64,000 bases of DNA from Polyangiaceae bacterium (GCA_044376115.1 JBILLK010000031.1:32001-96000), one strand, 5' to 3'. Numbered from the stretch's first letter, positions 28,625-38,506 are shown. The notes: a model not told the origin generated them from the letters alone. Made by a program: numbers and translations.

Positions 28625-29899
28625 ATGCAGCTCGCCAGCAAGGTCATCAGCGTGGTCGTGCTCATGGGCTGCGACCCTCAACCCCTATCGCGGGTCGAGT
28701 CGGAGCGCCTGACGAGCGTGAGCGCGGTGAGCTCGAGCTCAGCGACCGCCTCGGCGATCGCTTCGTCGAGCGTCAGCGCGAACCCGAGCGCTGCGAGCAA
28801 CGCTCTTCCAGCGCGCGTGTTCAAGACCCCACAACGCACGCTCGACTGCAGCAACTACTTCGGCTGTGCGGTGCTCGGGGAGAGGCTCGCTTGCTGGGGT
28901 TACAACCAGTTTGGACAGCTGGGCAAACCCGCGGTCAAGTACCCGCGAAAGGGGAGCGCCTTCGTCAACGTGCCTTCGCCGATGGCGGTCGCGGTGGGGT
29001 TCACGCATGGCTGCGCGCTCAGCGCTGAAGGAGACGTCCACTGCTGGGGTTCGTCTTCGGACGGTGCCTTGGGAGACGGCGTCTTACCGCCGCCGGATGA
29101 GCCGTCCTCCAGGGTGATCGCGCCGACCAAGGTCAAAGGCCTCGGTGCAAAGGCGGTCGATCTCGACGTTGGGAACAGCCACAGTTGCGTGGTGTTGGAG
29201 GACGGCGGCGTCGCCTGTTGGGGGGCTAACTACGCTGACGTGTTGGGGGTAGGGGAGCCTTCGTCGGCGAAACCGGTGCGCATCTCCGGCGTGCTAGGAG
29301 CCGTCGAGGTTGCCACGTCGGACGACCTAACCTGCGCGCGGACTGCGAAAGGGGACGTCATTTGTTGGGGGCGCGGCAAGTCGGCACCGGAGCAAGTTGC
29401 TGGCGCCTGTGCGAAGCAGCTGACCATCGCCTCGAGCGCTGCTTGCGCGCTCGACTGCGCGGGAAGCGTGAGCTGTTGGGGCAATCTTCCTGGGTACAAC
29501 AAGCAATCGCTGACGCCCAAGGTGCAGCCCGAGTTCGTCGATGTCGAGGAGATCCGTGGTGGGCTATCGCACTTCATCGCGCGGGATCGCGCCGGGCAGG
29601 TCATTGCCTGGGGCGGCAATGATTCGGGCCAGATCGGCAACGGCAAGCCAGCGAGCTGGGATTCGGCCTTTGCCGATAAGCCGGTAACGCTTTCCACCGG
29701 TTGGAAGGCCAGCGCTGTGTGCGCGGGGGGCATCGTCGCGCGCCCCGACGGCCGCGACTATCTGCGACCATCGAGCTTCGTCGACACCGGCATCAGCTGT
29801 GCTGCGACCTCGACTGGCGAGGCCCATTGTTGGGGCGAGCCTGACCTCGACTACGTGCCGAAGGCTGTAGAGCTGCCGAAGGAACGCTCGACGCGCTGA
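28625..29899 (+). CDS. RCC1/BLIP-II repeat beta-propeller lipoprotein
   Basis: Repeated CWG..G.LG and H.CA motifs; lipobox LMGC; Ser-rich linker. Confidence 0.85.
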   Translation: MQLASKVISVVVLMGCDPQPLSRVESERLTSVSAVSSSSATASAIASSSVSANPSAASNALPARVFKTPQRTLDCSNYFGCAVLGERLACWGYNQFGQLGKPAVKYPRKGSAFVNVPSPMAVAVGFTHGCALSAEGDVHCWGSSSDGALGDGVLPPPDEPSSRVIAPTKVKGLGAKAVDLDVGNSHSCVVLEDGGVACWGANYADVLGVGEPSSAKPVRISGVLGAVEVATSDDLTCARTAKGDVICWGRGKSAPEQVAGACAKQLTIASSAACALDCAGSVSCWGNLPGYNKQSLTPKVQPEFVDVEEIRGGLSHFIARDRAGQVIAWGGNDSGQIGNGKPASWDSAFADKPVTLSTGWKASAVCAGGIVARPDGRDYLRPSSFVDTGISCAATSTGEAHCWGEPDLDYVPKAVELPKERSTR

Positions 29900-29951
29900 G
29901 CCAACGAGCGAAGGGCGTGACGCACGCGGCGCTCCATGTAACGCGAAGCGA

Positions 29952-30845
29952 ATGGTGAGCGAAACCTTCGAACCCGAACTGTGGGAGCCGGTGGCCGGCT
30001 TCAATTTCTCCGACATCACGTACCACCGCGCCAAGGCACATGGCACCGTGCGGATCGCGTTTCATCGTCCCGAAGTGCGCAACGCCTTTCGTCCGCGCAC
30101 CGTGGACGAGCTCGCGGTGGCGCTCGATCACGCACGGCAGTGGAGCGACGTCGGTACCGTGCTGCTCACAGGCAATGGTCCTTCGCCCAAGGATGGCGGT
30201 TGGGCTTTTTGCTCCGGAGGTGATCAACGCATCCGCGGCAAGGTTGGCTACCAGTATGAGGGTGAGCCCGGCCAAGTGGACGTTGCGCGTCTCGGTCGGC
30301 TGCATATCCTCGAGGTACAGCGGATGATCCGCTTCATGCCCAAGGTCGTGATCGCGGTGGTCAACGGCTGGGCGGTCGGCGGCGGGCACAGCCTGCACGT
30401 GGTATGCGACCTTACGCTCGCCAGCCTCGAGCACGCGAAGTTCAAGCAGACCGACGCCGACGTAGCGAGCTTCGACGGCGGGTTCGGCTCGGCGTACCTC
30501 GCGCGCATGGTCGGTCAGAAGCGGGCCCGTGAGATCTTCTTCCTCGGGCGCACCTACTCGGCCGAAGAGGCCGTGGCGATGGGCATGGCCAACGCTGCGG
30601 TGCCGCACGCAGAACTTGAACGCGTCGCTTTGGAGTGGGCCGCCGAGATCAACGCCAAGAGCCCAACCGCGCAGCGCATGCTCAAATTCTCCTTCAACCT
30701 GATCGATGACGGGCTCGTGGGGCAGCAGGTGTTTGCAGGCGAGGCAACGCGGCTCGCTTACATGACCGACGAGGCGCAAGAGGGCCGCGACGCCTTCCTC
30801 GAGAAGCGCAAACAGGACTACTCGAAGTTCCCTTATTACTACTGA
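29952..30845 (+). CDS. menB: 1,4-dihydroxy-2-naphthoyl-CoA synthase
   Basis: RPEVRNAFRP, AFCSGGDQRIRG, GGGHSLHVVCDLT, SFDGGFGSAYLAR and EGRDAFLEKR. Confidence 0.96.
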   Translation: MVSETFEPELWEPVAGFNFSDITYHRAKAHGTVRIAFHRPEVRNAFRPRTVDELAVALDHARQWSDVGTVLLTGNGPSPKDGGWAFCSGGDQRIRGKVGYQYEGEPGQVDVARLGRLHILEVQRMIRFMPKVVIAVVNGWAVGGGHSLHVVCDLTLASLEHAKFKQTDADVASFDGGFGSAYLARMVGQKRAREIFFLGRTYSAEEAVAMGMANAAVPHAELERVALEWAAEINAKSPTAQRMLKFSFNLIDDGLVGQQVFAGEATRLAYMTDEAQEGRDAFLEKRKQDYSKFPYYY

Positions 30846-30859
30846 GCGACGCAGCTCCC

Positions 30860-30910
30860 TCAACGGCGCGGGCGCCCCGCCAAACAGGTAGGCGGGGCGT
30901 TGCGCGTTGA
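30860..30910 (+). terminator. Long GC-rich hairpin downstream of menB
   Basis: Core CGCCCCGCC / GGCGGGGCG, extendable to TCAAC / GTTGA; no U-tract. Confidence 0.5.
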
Positions 30911-30942
30911 CCGTGTCCACCTCCCACACTACGTGGCCCCTC

Positions 30943-31497
30943 ATGCGAAATGCGATTCTGTTTGTTAGTGCCTTGTTGATCGTTGGTTGCGGCGGGGGCG
31001 ATGCAAAAACCGACAAGTCCGCAGCGCCGGGCTCAAGCGCTGCTTCGAGCGCAGCGAAGAGCGCTGGCTCGAGTGCAGCGAAGGGCGACGCATCGGCGAA
31101 GCCTGCTGCCCCTGCGGTCGAGATGGAGGAGCTCTCCCTCGCCCCAATCGACAAGTCTCTGGCTGGTTACGTGATGACCGTCCCGAAGGGCGCCAAGATC
31201 GACGGTACGCAGATCAAGTTCGGCGAGTACGACTTCTTGGACTTCTCGATGGCCGGTGGCTGGGAGGACGCAGTCAAGGGCCTCGGCAATGACAAGCTCA
31301 ACGAAAACATCAAGAAGGTGAGCGACACCGAGTATCGCTGGGAGCGCGTTCCCCCGATCGGTCGTATGTACATGGTCGACGTGTTGGTGAAGATCGGCGC
31401 CGCCAAGTGGTCCTGCACCACCGGCCTCACCGGCCCGGACAAGGTCGAGACCGCCGACATGATTTCGAAGATGTGCAACAGCATCAAGAAGAAGTAG
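30943..31497 (+). CDS. Hypothetical lipoprotein
   Basis: Lipobox IVGC and Ala/Ser/Lys linker; strong GC3 codon pattern. Confidence 0.8.
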   Translation: MRNAILFVSALLIVGCGGGDAKTDKSAAPGSSAASSAAKSAGSSAAKGDASAKPAAPAVEMEELSLAPIDKSLAGYVMTVPKGAKIDGTQIKFGEYDFLDFSMAGGWEDAVKGLGNDKLNENIKKVSDTEYRWERVPPIGRMYMVDVLVKIGAAKWSCTTGLTGPDKVETADMISKMCNSIKKK

Positions 31498-31505
31498 CTG
31501 GGTAA

Positions 31506-31532
31506 GGCACGGCCTCACCGAGAGGCCGTGCC
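31506..31532 (+). terminator. Hairpin, probable terminator
   Basis: Perfect 11-bp stem GGCACGGCCTC-ACCGA-GAGGCCGTGCC 8 bp after the stop codon. Confidence 0.6.
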
Positions 31533-31612
31533 GTGCGTTTCGAGAACGGACTGCGCGCGATGTGCTGTTCCTCGCGGTGTAAGGTCTTGCGCGGCCGTAG
31601 CGTTGGTCTGCC

Positions 31613-32875
31613 GTGCTTGTTAGGAACGCCATCCTGTGGCGGCAGAAGTCAACGACCCTCGCCTCTCTTGGTACGCTGCTGGCGCTCATCGCGCCCTGTT
31701 GGCCGGCGTACGCGACGGGGTATGGCGGGTGTACGGCTCGCCTCGTCGACGACGAGTGTCAGCCTCACTCGGGCGTCTACGACGAGGGAGACACCATGCG
31801 TGTTGCCACCGTTTGTGAACTGACGACGGAGGCCGGAAAGCCAAGTCCAAAGAGGATCTATGAGCCGAGCCCAGCAGAGCTGGAGCGGATGCTCCTCGAA
31901 CGCTCGGGGTGCAAGTACCCGGTGAAGGTCCAACTCAGGAAGACGGACGAGCATTGCGGTGCCGCCGTCGTCTACGAGGTCGAGTTGGAGGAGCCAGGGC
32001 GTTACACCTTCTTCCGTCAACGGCTCACCGTCGGTGAGCCCGATCTGGAAGGCCAGCCAGGGTCTGACGAATCGTTCGGCGGTCTCCCTGACGACGGTTT
32101 CGGCGGGGCCTGCCCCGAGCCCCCAGCCGAGATCGTGGCGCAACTTCAAGCCAAGAGAGAGGCCGAGCGCATGCAGCGCGAGATCGCCGCTCTTCCGCCC
32201 CAGTGTCTTGGCGTCGCGCCGTGGACTCATCCCGAGTGCCTTCCCAAAACAATGACGGAGTGGGAGGTGACGGACTGGGATGCGCGTAAGGGCTGGAGCG
32301 TGGAGTTGGCCGCGTCTCCGGTCGTACGCTCGGTGCTCGGAGTTGGCCCTGAAGGCAGCTTCGCAGGCGCCGAGTTTCGCTTCGGATTCCGACGGACCGA
32401 CCGCTACTCGTCGCACTCAATCATCGGGGACGGCAGCGAGGGTTTACGGTGGTGCATGCCGCTCGTGGCTTGCGCCCTGGTTGGGCTCTTCGCTCCGACG
32501 TCGTCTTGGGTTAGCAACGACTACGGACTCGACCTTGTCGCCGGGCTTGGGCGGCAGTTCGATGCTGGAGGCGAAACGTTGGCGGGCTCGATTGCTTTCC
32601 GGCCCATCCTCCGCGTCGCCGCCGAGAATCGGTTCCGAAGCCAATCGTGGATCGGCTCGTTGCTTCCCGAGGTCGGATTGCGGTTTGCCGACTCGCGCGA
32701 AGCTGAGGTCTTTTTTGGATGGTCGATCTACCCAGTCGACCTGCGACTCGGACGCAATCTCGCGCTCGGATGGGACGGGCCGGTGATCGCGCCGTCCTTT
32801 CCGCTGGATGGCGCGCCCATGCGGCTATGGGTCGGTACCGGCCTTTCGCTGACCGTGCTGGCGGGTGAGCCCTAA
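31613..32875 (+). CDS. Exported hypothetical protein; C-terminal region possibly outer-membrane beta-strands
   Basis: Signal-like N-terminus (AYA); alternating hydrophobic pattern in the C-terminal region. Confidence 0.6.
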   Translation: MLVRNAILWRQKSTTLASLGTLLALIAPCWPAYATGYGGCTARLVDDECQPHSGVYDEGDTMRVATVCELTTEAGKPSPKRIYEPSPAELERMLLERSGCKYPVKVQLRKTDEHCGAAVVYEVELEEPGRYTFFRQRLTVGEPDLEGQPGSDESFGGLPDDGFGGACPEPPAEIVAQLQAKREAERMQREIAALPPQCLGVAPWTHPECLPKTMTEWEVTDWDARKGWSVELAASPVVRSVLGVGPEGSFAGAEFRFGFRRTDRYSSHSIIGDGSEGLRWCMPLVACALVGLFAPTSSWVSNDYGLDLVAGLGRQFDAGGETLAGSIAFRPILRVAAENRFRSQSWIGSLLPEVGLRFADSREAEVFFGWSIYPVDLRLGRNLALGWDGPVIAPSFPLDGAPMRLWVGTGLSLTVLAGEP

Positions 32876-32923
32876 GGAATCACCGAACCGACGGGTCGAA
32901 TTCGCGCGTGGTAGCTTCGCGCG

Positions 32924-33874
32924 GTGCATCGGGTGGTCTGCAGTTGGGTGGCGGTTGCGGCCTTGGGGATGGGCTGCGAAAGCGCGCCTCCCGCTGCGAA
33001 TAGCGCCTCCTCCAACGGCGCGTCGAGCGAGCCGAGCGCCCCCGCCGCGGCTCTCCCCAGCGCCGAGCCCGAGCCCGCCGCTCCTTCCGCAATGGCCGCC
33101 GCTAGCGCTGCGCCAGCCCCTACCGAGCTGGTTGCTCCGGCGAAGTTGCAGCCGCCCTGTGAAGCGGAACCGCCGCTGCCCGAGCCGCTGCGCGCGCTGC
33201 CGAGCGATGCGGACATTCTAGCGGGGCTGCGTGGCGAAGGCGGTCCGCTGGGCGCAGCCTCGATCGGCTCGCCCTCACGAGGGTCATTGATGTTCGGCGT
33301 TGAGCTTGCGGCCAGCGAGACCATCGCGCGGGCCGGCAAATACCCGTATGGCACCGCTGCCGTCGTGGCCGCGATTGAGCGCGCGGTGCGCGAGGTGAAC
33401 CGCTGCTTTCCGGGGGCGCACAAGCTCGCCGTCGGCGATTTGAGTCGTAGGCGAGGGGGCTGGCTTTTGCCGCATCGTAGTCACCAATCGGGGCTCGATG
33501 CCGACCTCGGATTTTACTACCGCTCGGGGCCTGCTTGGTACGTGCGGCCTACCGCCGAGACGCTCGATGCGCCGAGGACCTGGCGGCTTCTGCGCGCCTT
33601 GCGCAGCGGTGGGAACGTCGAGGTCGTGTTCTTGGACCTGCGGATTCAACGGCTTTTACATAGCTATGCAGCCAGCTTGAACGAGCCCGAACTCGACGCG
33701 ATCTTCGACCTGAACAACAAGAAGAACCGCTGGCTACGTCATGAATACGGCCATCACACGCACATGCACGTGCGCTTCCAGGATGAGCAAGCGGTAGCGC
33801 TAGGAGCGCGCCTCGCCCGACTCGATGCGAATGGCCTGCTGCGGGCGAGCTACTGGGCGAAGGCGTCGCGTTAG
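32924..33874 (+). CDS. mepA: Penicillin-insensitive murein endopeptidase (MepA/M74-like), lipoprotein
   Basis: SIGSP..G.L, VGDLSRRRGG, HRSHQSGLDAD and HHTHMHVR; lipobox LGMGC. Confidence 0.82.
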   Translation: MHRVVCSWVAVAALGMGCESAPPAANSASSNGASSEPSAPAAALPSAEPEPAAPSAMAAASAAPAPTELVAPAKLQPPCEAEPPLPEPLRALPSDADILAGLRGEGGPLGAASIGSPSRGSLMFGVELAASETIARAGKYPYGTAAVVAAIERAVREVNRCFPGAHKLAVGDLSRRRGGWLLPHRSHQSGLDADLGFYYRSGPAWYVRPTAETLDAPRTWRLLRALRSGGNVEVVFLDLRIQRLLHSYAASLNEPELDAIFDLNNKKNRWLRHEYGHHTHMHVRFQDEQAVALGARLARLDANGLLRASYWAKASR

Positions 33875-33876
33875 CG

Positions 33877-34659
33877 TCAATCAGCCCAGAGGCCGTCGCG
33901 CTCTTGCCATTCGATGCTCTCGAACAAGACGTCGAAGGCTTCGCTGAGGTCGTGATCGCTGCGCAACTCGGCGCCGCGGGCCTCGACCCATTCGAGGGCG
34001 AGAGGAAGTGCGAGGGTCGAGGGCGCTGCGTCCTCCAAGCGATCCACCGTGAGTGAGAGCGCCTGGGTCATCAGCACCGGCCGCGGCAGCGGCGCGAGTT
34101 GGTCGGAGAGGGTTGCACAATGCTCCGGCGAGGACGTGACAGCGTATTCGCGGCAGGCGAAGGGCCGTTCCTCGTAAACGCTGCAGCGTCCCTCGATCAA
34201 GAAGGGACACGCCATGTTCAGCTCGAGGTATCTGCGTGAGAGCGCGTCCCAACGTTCACTCTCGCTGCCGTCCCCAGGGCTGACCAGCGAGGTGCGCGGC
34301 TGATCGTGTTTGGGGTGAATCAGGCCGTTTTTCTCGAGCGTCGAGAGCACGTGCGCAAAGCGGTTCTTCACCTCTTTGTGCTGTTTCTGCGGTAGCCGTG
34401 CGAGCGCGGTAACCAGCGCCTTCGCCTCGATCAGGGAAACCGGTACCAGCTGATGACAGCAGGCTGTGCAACCCGTTTTGCAACTGACCTTCAAGCCTGC
34501 TGCGCGCGCGCGCGTCTCGCTTTCGGTCATCACCGTGGACGAGAGTTTGCGAATCGCCGGTAGCAGCGCTCCGAGCCCGCCCGTACCGCCGGGCAGAGGC
34601 ACGGTGGTGGCCTTGTTTTCGCCGAAGATTGGCAGAACAACGCGTTTCTCTTTGGCCAT
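33877..34659 (-). CDS. YkgJ family cysteine-cluster (CxxCxxCC) protein
   Basis: CKTGCTACC and CPFL..RCSVYEERPFACR; start MAKEK (34659). Confidence 0.88.
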   Translation of the reverse strand: MAKEKRVVLPIFGENKATTVPLPGGTGGLGALLPAIRKLSSTVMTESETRARAAGLKVSCKTGCTACCHQLVPVSLIEAKALVTALARLPQKQHKEVKNRFAHVLSTLEKNGLIHPKHDQPRTSLVSPGDGSESERWDALSRRYLELNMACPFLIEGRCSVYEERPFACREYAVTSSPEHCATLSDQLAPLPRPVLMTQALSLTVDRLEDAAPSTLALPLALEWVEARGAELRSDHDLSEAFDVLFESIEWQERDGLWAD

Positions 34660-34723
34660 GATTGCGGACCTGCCTGTTGCTGTCTTTCTTGACGGGTTAC
34701 GACCCTGACAGTAAGCCAAACCG

Positions 34724-35386
34724 ATGTCCTTCGTCGCTCGATTCTCGCCCGTTCGCCTGGCCTGCGCTGTGACCTTCTTCGCTGGCTCGCTGTTGGCGGT
34801 GGCCGGTACGGCTCAAGCGCAGGAGGAAACCGCACCGGCAGCCCCGGTGGCGGCTCCGGCAGTCGCGCTGCGGATCGTCGTGCTCGACACGGCCAAGGTG
34901 CTCAAGGAGTCGGAAGAGGGCATCCGCATCGAGGCCAACCTGCGGAAGCTGTTTGACCCGAAGAAGGCGGAGCTTGCCAGCAAAGAGAAGCAGCTCGGCG
35001 AAGAGTATGAAGAGCTCGAGCGCGAAGAGAAGACGAAGGGTCGCAGTGAGCCGCTCGAGCGCCGCAAAGCCGAGTTCAAGCAGAAGGTGGCGATGCTGCA
35101 GCAAGCGGCCTACACCATTCAGCAGGACTACAATCAGAAGCGCCAAGACAGCTTGATGCCGCTCCTCGGCAAGGTCGGCGCCATCGTTAAGTCGATCGCG
35201 CAGCGTGAAGGCTTTGACCTCGTGCTCGAGAAGCAAGCGGCGGTTTACTTCCGCGCCGACTTGGAGGTGACCGAGCGCGTGATTCAAGCGGTCAACGCGG
35301 GTGAAGGTCCCAAAGAGCCCAAGGCGCCCAAGAAGCCGAAGGACAAGCCCGCCCCCGCCAAGGCGCCCGCCGCTCCCAAGAAGTGA
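34724..35386 (+). CDS. skp: OmpH/Skp periplasmic chaperone
   Basis: Signal peptide, RIVVLDTAKVLKES, coiled coil, EGFDLVLEK..VYF..DLEVT..VI and a Lys/Pro tail. Confidence 0.85.
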   Translation: MSFVARFSPVRLACAVTFFAGSLLAVAGTAQAQEETAPAAPVAAPAVALRIVVLDTAKVLKESEEGIRIEANLRKLFDPKKAELASKEKQLGEEYEELEREEKTKGRSEPLERRKAEFKQKVAMLQQAAYTIQQDYNQKRQDSLMPLLGKVGAIVKSIAQREGFDLVLEKQAAVYFRADLEVTERVIQAVNAGEGPKEPKAPKKPKDKPAPAKAPAAPKK

Positions 35387-35441
35387 CGTTCTGGGTCGGT
35401 GAGCTGCCGACGGCGGCGCCTTCCCAAGCTACGATGCCCCG

Positions 35442-36245
35442 ATGGGGATCGTCTGTGTGGTGCCGCCGGCGCTTGGCGCAGCGAAGGCCTCGGCCCGTGC
35501 AGAGCTGTTAGCGGCGGCCCTACGACGGGACCTCGGTGTCGAAGTCAGCGCGGTGGTGGCCGCAAATTACGGTGAGCTCGAGCGACAGCTCAACGATGCC
35601 ACGGTCGATGTCGCTTGGTGCCCAGCGGCGGTCTGCGCCCGGCTGACGCGAGCAGCGGCCGCCTTCAGCGTCGTGCGAGAGGGCGTTTCAAGCTACAGAT
35701 CCGCACTGATCGCTCGGCGCGAAGATAAGCTCATCGTGCTGCAGCTGGATGGCAAGCGCGCCGCTTGGGTCGACCCGCTCTCGGCCGGCGGGCACTTGCT
35801 CGCGGTTGCGCTGCTCAAGTCCCGCGGGCTTAGCTGCGAGCGGGTGTTCGCGTCGCAGGCGTTTTTGGGGACCCATCGCGCGGTTGCGTTGGCTGTATTG
35901 CAGAACGACGCTGACGTTGGAGCGGTCTCGATTCACGGCGTTCATGACAACGCCCTGGAGGCGATGATGCGTTGGTACGTTGGACCCAACGGCGACCGTT
36001 TGGAGACCATCGCAGTCAGCGAACGTTGCCCCAACGACGCGCTCGTGATCAGCGAGCGCCTGCCCATCGCTCTGACCGCGCAGCTAACCGAAATCCTAAG
36101 CAAAGCGCACGAGGGACCCAAAGGCTCCCAGGTACTGGCGGCGCTCGAGTGTGAACGCTTCGAGCCCGCCGACCTTGGGAGCTACAAACGCGCCTTCGCC
36201 TCGGTTGGCTCGAGTTCGAAGGCGCCGCCGCCGATGCGTCCGTGA
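35442..36245 (+). CDS. PhnD/phosphonate-binding-like substrate-binding fold protein, no signal peptide
   Basis: YRSALIAR, AAWVDPLSAGG, GTHRAVALAV..DADVGA and PNDALV. Confidence 0.8.
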   Translation: MGIVCVVPPALGAAKASARAELLAAALRRDLGVEVSAVVAANYGELERQLNDATVDVAWCPAAVCARLTRAAAAFSVVREGVSSYRSALIARREDKLIVLQLDGKRAAWVDPLSAGGHLLAVALLKSRGLSCERVFASQAFLGTHRAVALAVLQNDADVGAVSIHGVHDNALEAMMRWYVGPNGDRLETIAVSERCPNDALVISERLPIALTAQLTEILSKAHEGPKGSQVLAALECERFEPADLGSYKRAFASVGSSSKAPPPMRP

Positions 36246-36256
36246 GTCGCGGGGGC

Positions 36257-36910
36257 TCAGCCGCCGAGGCCCGAGGCCGAAGCGTTGGGCTGCCACAGCA
36301 CCTCGTCGGCCCGCTCGTATTGTGAGCCCGCGCGGCTCATCACGAAGAAGGCGTCCGAGAGGCGATTGAGATAGCGCACGGCGGTGGCGTCCACTTCGTG
36401 ATCGTGCGCAAAGCCGACCAACAAGCGCTCGGCCCTTCTGCATACCGTGCGGGCCAAATGCAGATCGGTGTTGAGGCGTGAGCCGCCGGGAAGGACGAAG
36501 GAGCGCAACGGCGCGAGGTGCTCGTTCATCGCGTCCATCTCGCGCTCGAGCAGGTCGATCTCAGCGCCGGTCACCCGCGGCTGCTTCGGGTGAACGTCTT
36601 CCGGAAGCGTCGCCAAAATCGATCCGAGGTTGAACAGCTCATGTTGGATGCGCAGCAGCGTGCTCGCGAGTTTACGCAAGGACTCTACGTCGTTCTTCGC
36701 GTTCTCGGCGGCGCCGAGGGCGCTGTGCCGGCTCGCTCCGACGATCGCATTTAGCTCGTCTACCGTGCCGTAGACTTCGATTCGGAGGTCGTTCTTGGCG
36801 ACCTTCTGACCACCGACGAGGCTGGTTTGTCCACCATCCCCCTTGCGTGTGTAGACGCGGTTGATGGCGATGTGCGTTTCACCAAAGGGCTCGCGATTGG
36901 ACTCCGTCAT
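36257..36910 (-). CDS. pduO: Cob(I)alamin adenosyltransferase, PduO type
   Basis: VYTRKGDGGQT, YGTVDELN, FVLPGG, RTVCRRAER and YLNRLSD. Confidence 0.92.
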   Translation of the reverse strand: MTESNREPFGETHIAINRVYTRKGDGGQTSLVGGQKVAKNDLRIEVYGTVDELNAIVGASRHSALGAAENAKNDVESLRKLASTLLRIQHELFNLGSILATLPEDVHPKQPRVTGAEIDLLEREMDAMNEHLAPLRSFVLPGGSRLNTDLHLARTVCRRAERLLVGFAHDHEVDATAVRYLNRLSDAFFVMSRAGSQYERADEVLWQPNASASGLGG

Positions 36911-36970
36911 TCCGCCCTCATAGAGCACCTTTGCGGAACGACCAACGAGCGAAAAGACTAAGCTCACGCG

Positions 36971-38095
36971 ATGGCGAGTTTCCCGGAGATTTTAGCGGAG
37001 GCCCTGCAACGGGTGGCTGCCATTACTCCCGAGGCGTTGCGGGCGCGGCTCGCTCAGGGCGAGCTTGCACTGCTCGACGTCCGTAGCGAGTTGGAGTGGA
37101 AAGCCGGCTCGATCGCAGGAGCCGTACATCTTCCAGAGAACCGAGTGGACCCGGAGATCGAGGAGCTTCTCCCGAATAAACAGCGTCCAATCGTCGTGTT
37201 TTGTTCGGGGGAGAAGCGCGCCGCGCTGGCCGGGGCGAACATGCTCGAGCTCGGTTACGCCAACGTATTGCGGCTTGCGCCGGGCTTCGATCGCTGGCGC
37301 CGGCTTGGCTTTGAAGTGACCGTACCCAAGGGCGAGCCGTTTTCGTTCGAGCGTTATCGCCGTCAGCTGGTGCTTCGTGAGGTGGGTGAGCTCGGCCAGC
37401 TGAAGTTGCGGCAAGCGAAGGTCCTGCTGGTTGGGCTCGGTGGGCTCGGCTCGCCCGCCGCGCTGTATCTCGCTGCTGCCGGCGTAGGCACGCTCGGTCT
37501 CTGCGATGCGGATCGTGTCGAGCTCTCCAACCTTCATCGGCAGATCCTCCACTCGACGGCGCAGCTCGGCGAATTGAAGGTGAAAAGCGCGGAAGCCGGC
37601 CTCGGCGCGCTCAACCCGGAGGTGAGGCTGCTGCCGTACCCGGAGCGATTGACGACCGAGAACGCGCGCAACTTGGTGACCGCGTTCGACCTGGTGGTGG
37701 ACGGCTCCGATAACGTTGCCACGCGTTATGCACTGAACGCTGCTTGCGTGGCGGCGAAGCGGCCGCTGGTGTTTGGCAGCGTTCATCGCTTCTCCGGCCA
37801 AGTGACCGTGTTCGGTGGCGCGCGCGCCGGCCAATGGGAAGGGCCTTGTTACAACTGCATGCATCCCCAAGCTGCGCCCGCTGGGCTCGCTGAGAGCTGC
37901 GAGGAGGCGGGTGTACTCGGTGCGTTGCCGGGGCTGGTCGGGACGCTGCAAGCGGTCGAGGTGCTGAAGCTGATCCTCGGTGCAGGGCAGGTGCTCACCG
38001 GTCGGGTGCTGCTGATCGACGCGCTCGGTTCGCGCTTCAGCGAATTGCGTCTGCGAAAAGACCCCCGATGCACTGTGTGCTCGGAGGTCCTTTAG
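36971..38095 (+). CDS. moeB: Rhodanese + MoeB/ThiF adenylyltransferase (MoeZ-like, rhodanese N-terminal)
   Basis: LLDVR and FCSGEKR rhodanese loop; RYRRQ, GLGGLGS, SNLHRQ, CYNC and CTVC. Confidence 0.88.
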   Translation: MASFPEILAEALQRVAAITPEALRARLAQGELALLDVRSELEWKAGSIAGAVHLPENRVDPEIEELLPNKQRPIVVFCSGEKRAALAGANMLELGYANVLRLAPGFDRWRRLGFEVTVPKGEPFSFERYRRQLVLREVGELGQLKLRQAKVLLVGLGGLGSPAALYLAAAGVGTLGLCDADRVELSNLHRQILHSTAQLGELKVKSAEAGLGALNPEVRLLPYPERLTTENARNLVTAFDLVVDGSDNVATRYALNAACVAAKRPLVFGSVHRFSGQVTVFGGARAGQWEGPCYNCMHPQAAPAGLAESCEEAGVLGALPGLVGTLQAVEVLKLILGAGQVLTGRVLLIDALGSRFSELRLRKDPRCTVCSEVL

Positions 38096-38140
38096 CAAGC
38101 TGCGGAGACCGTCGCCCCGTGTGGCCGCGCTCGGTCGTGC

Positions 38141-38506
38141 TCAGGCTTGCGCTGGCGCCTGGGGCTTTCGCTTGAGCGTGTTGTACGCGAGCACGTCTTT
38201 GCGCGGGGTACGTGCGACGTCTTCGATCTTGCTCGTGATCAGCTGACGGTCCTCGCCCCACTCGGTGGTGTAGGTGAAGAAGATAGCGTCGCCCTTCTTG
38301 GGACCGTCGAGGCTGGGTACAACCGAGCCGTTATCGTAGAACTTGACGCCGCCCTCGACCTTCAACGCGACGGCCATGTGGCCCTCGCACCAGCGCTTCG
38401 ATTTGCGGTCACGCACCGCCACACAGAGATCGTCACGCAGGTGGTACTCGGTGTTTCTGGTGAACACCACGCGGTGCCGTCTTCGTTCATTGCCTTCGTA
38501 CGCCAT
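38141..38506 (-). CDS. Small hypothetical protein
   Basis: MAYEGNERRRHRVVFTRNTEYH; SD GGAGG upstream; strong GC3. Confidence 0.75.
   Translation of the reverse strand: MAYEGNERRRHRVVFTRNTEYHLRDDLCVAVRDRKSKRWCEGHMAVALKVEGGVKFYDNGSVVPSLDGPKKGDAIFFTYTTEWGEDRQLITSKIEDVARTPRKDVLAYNTLKRKPQAPAQA

Noticed and set aside
36257..38095. moeB-like E1 enzyme as part of a ubiquitin-like defence or RiPP system; cobalamin riboswitch near pduO
   Set aside because: No E2, JAB, Ubl or precursor gene is adjacent, and the 60-bp divergent gap is too short for a cobalamin riboswitch.
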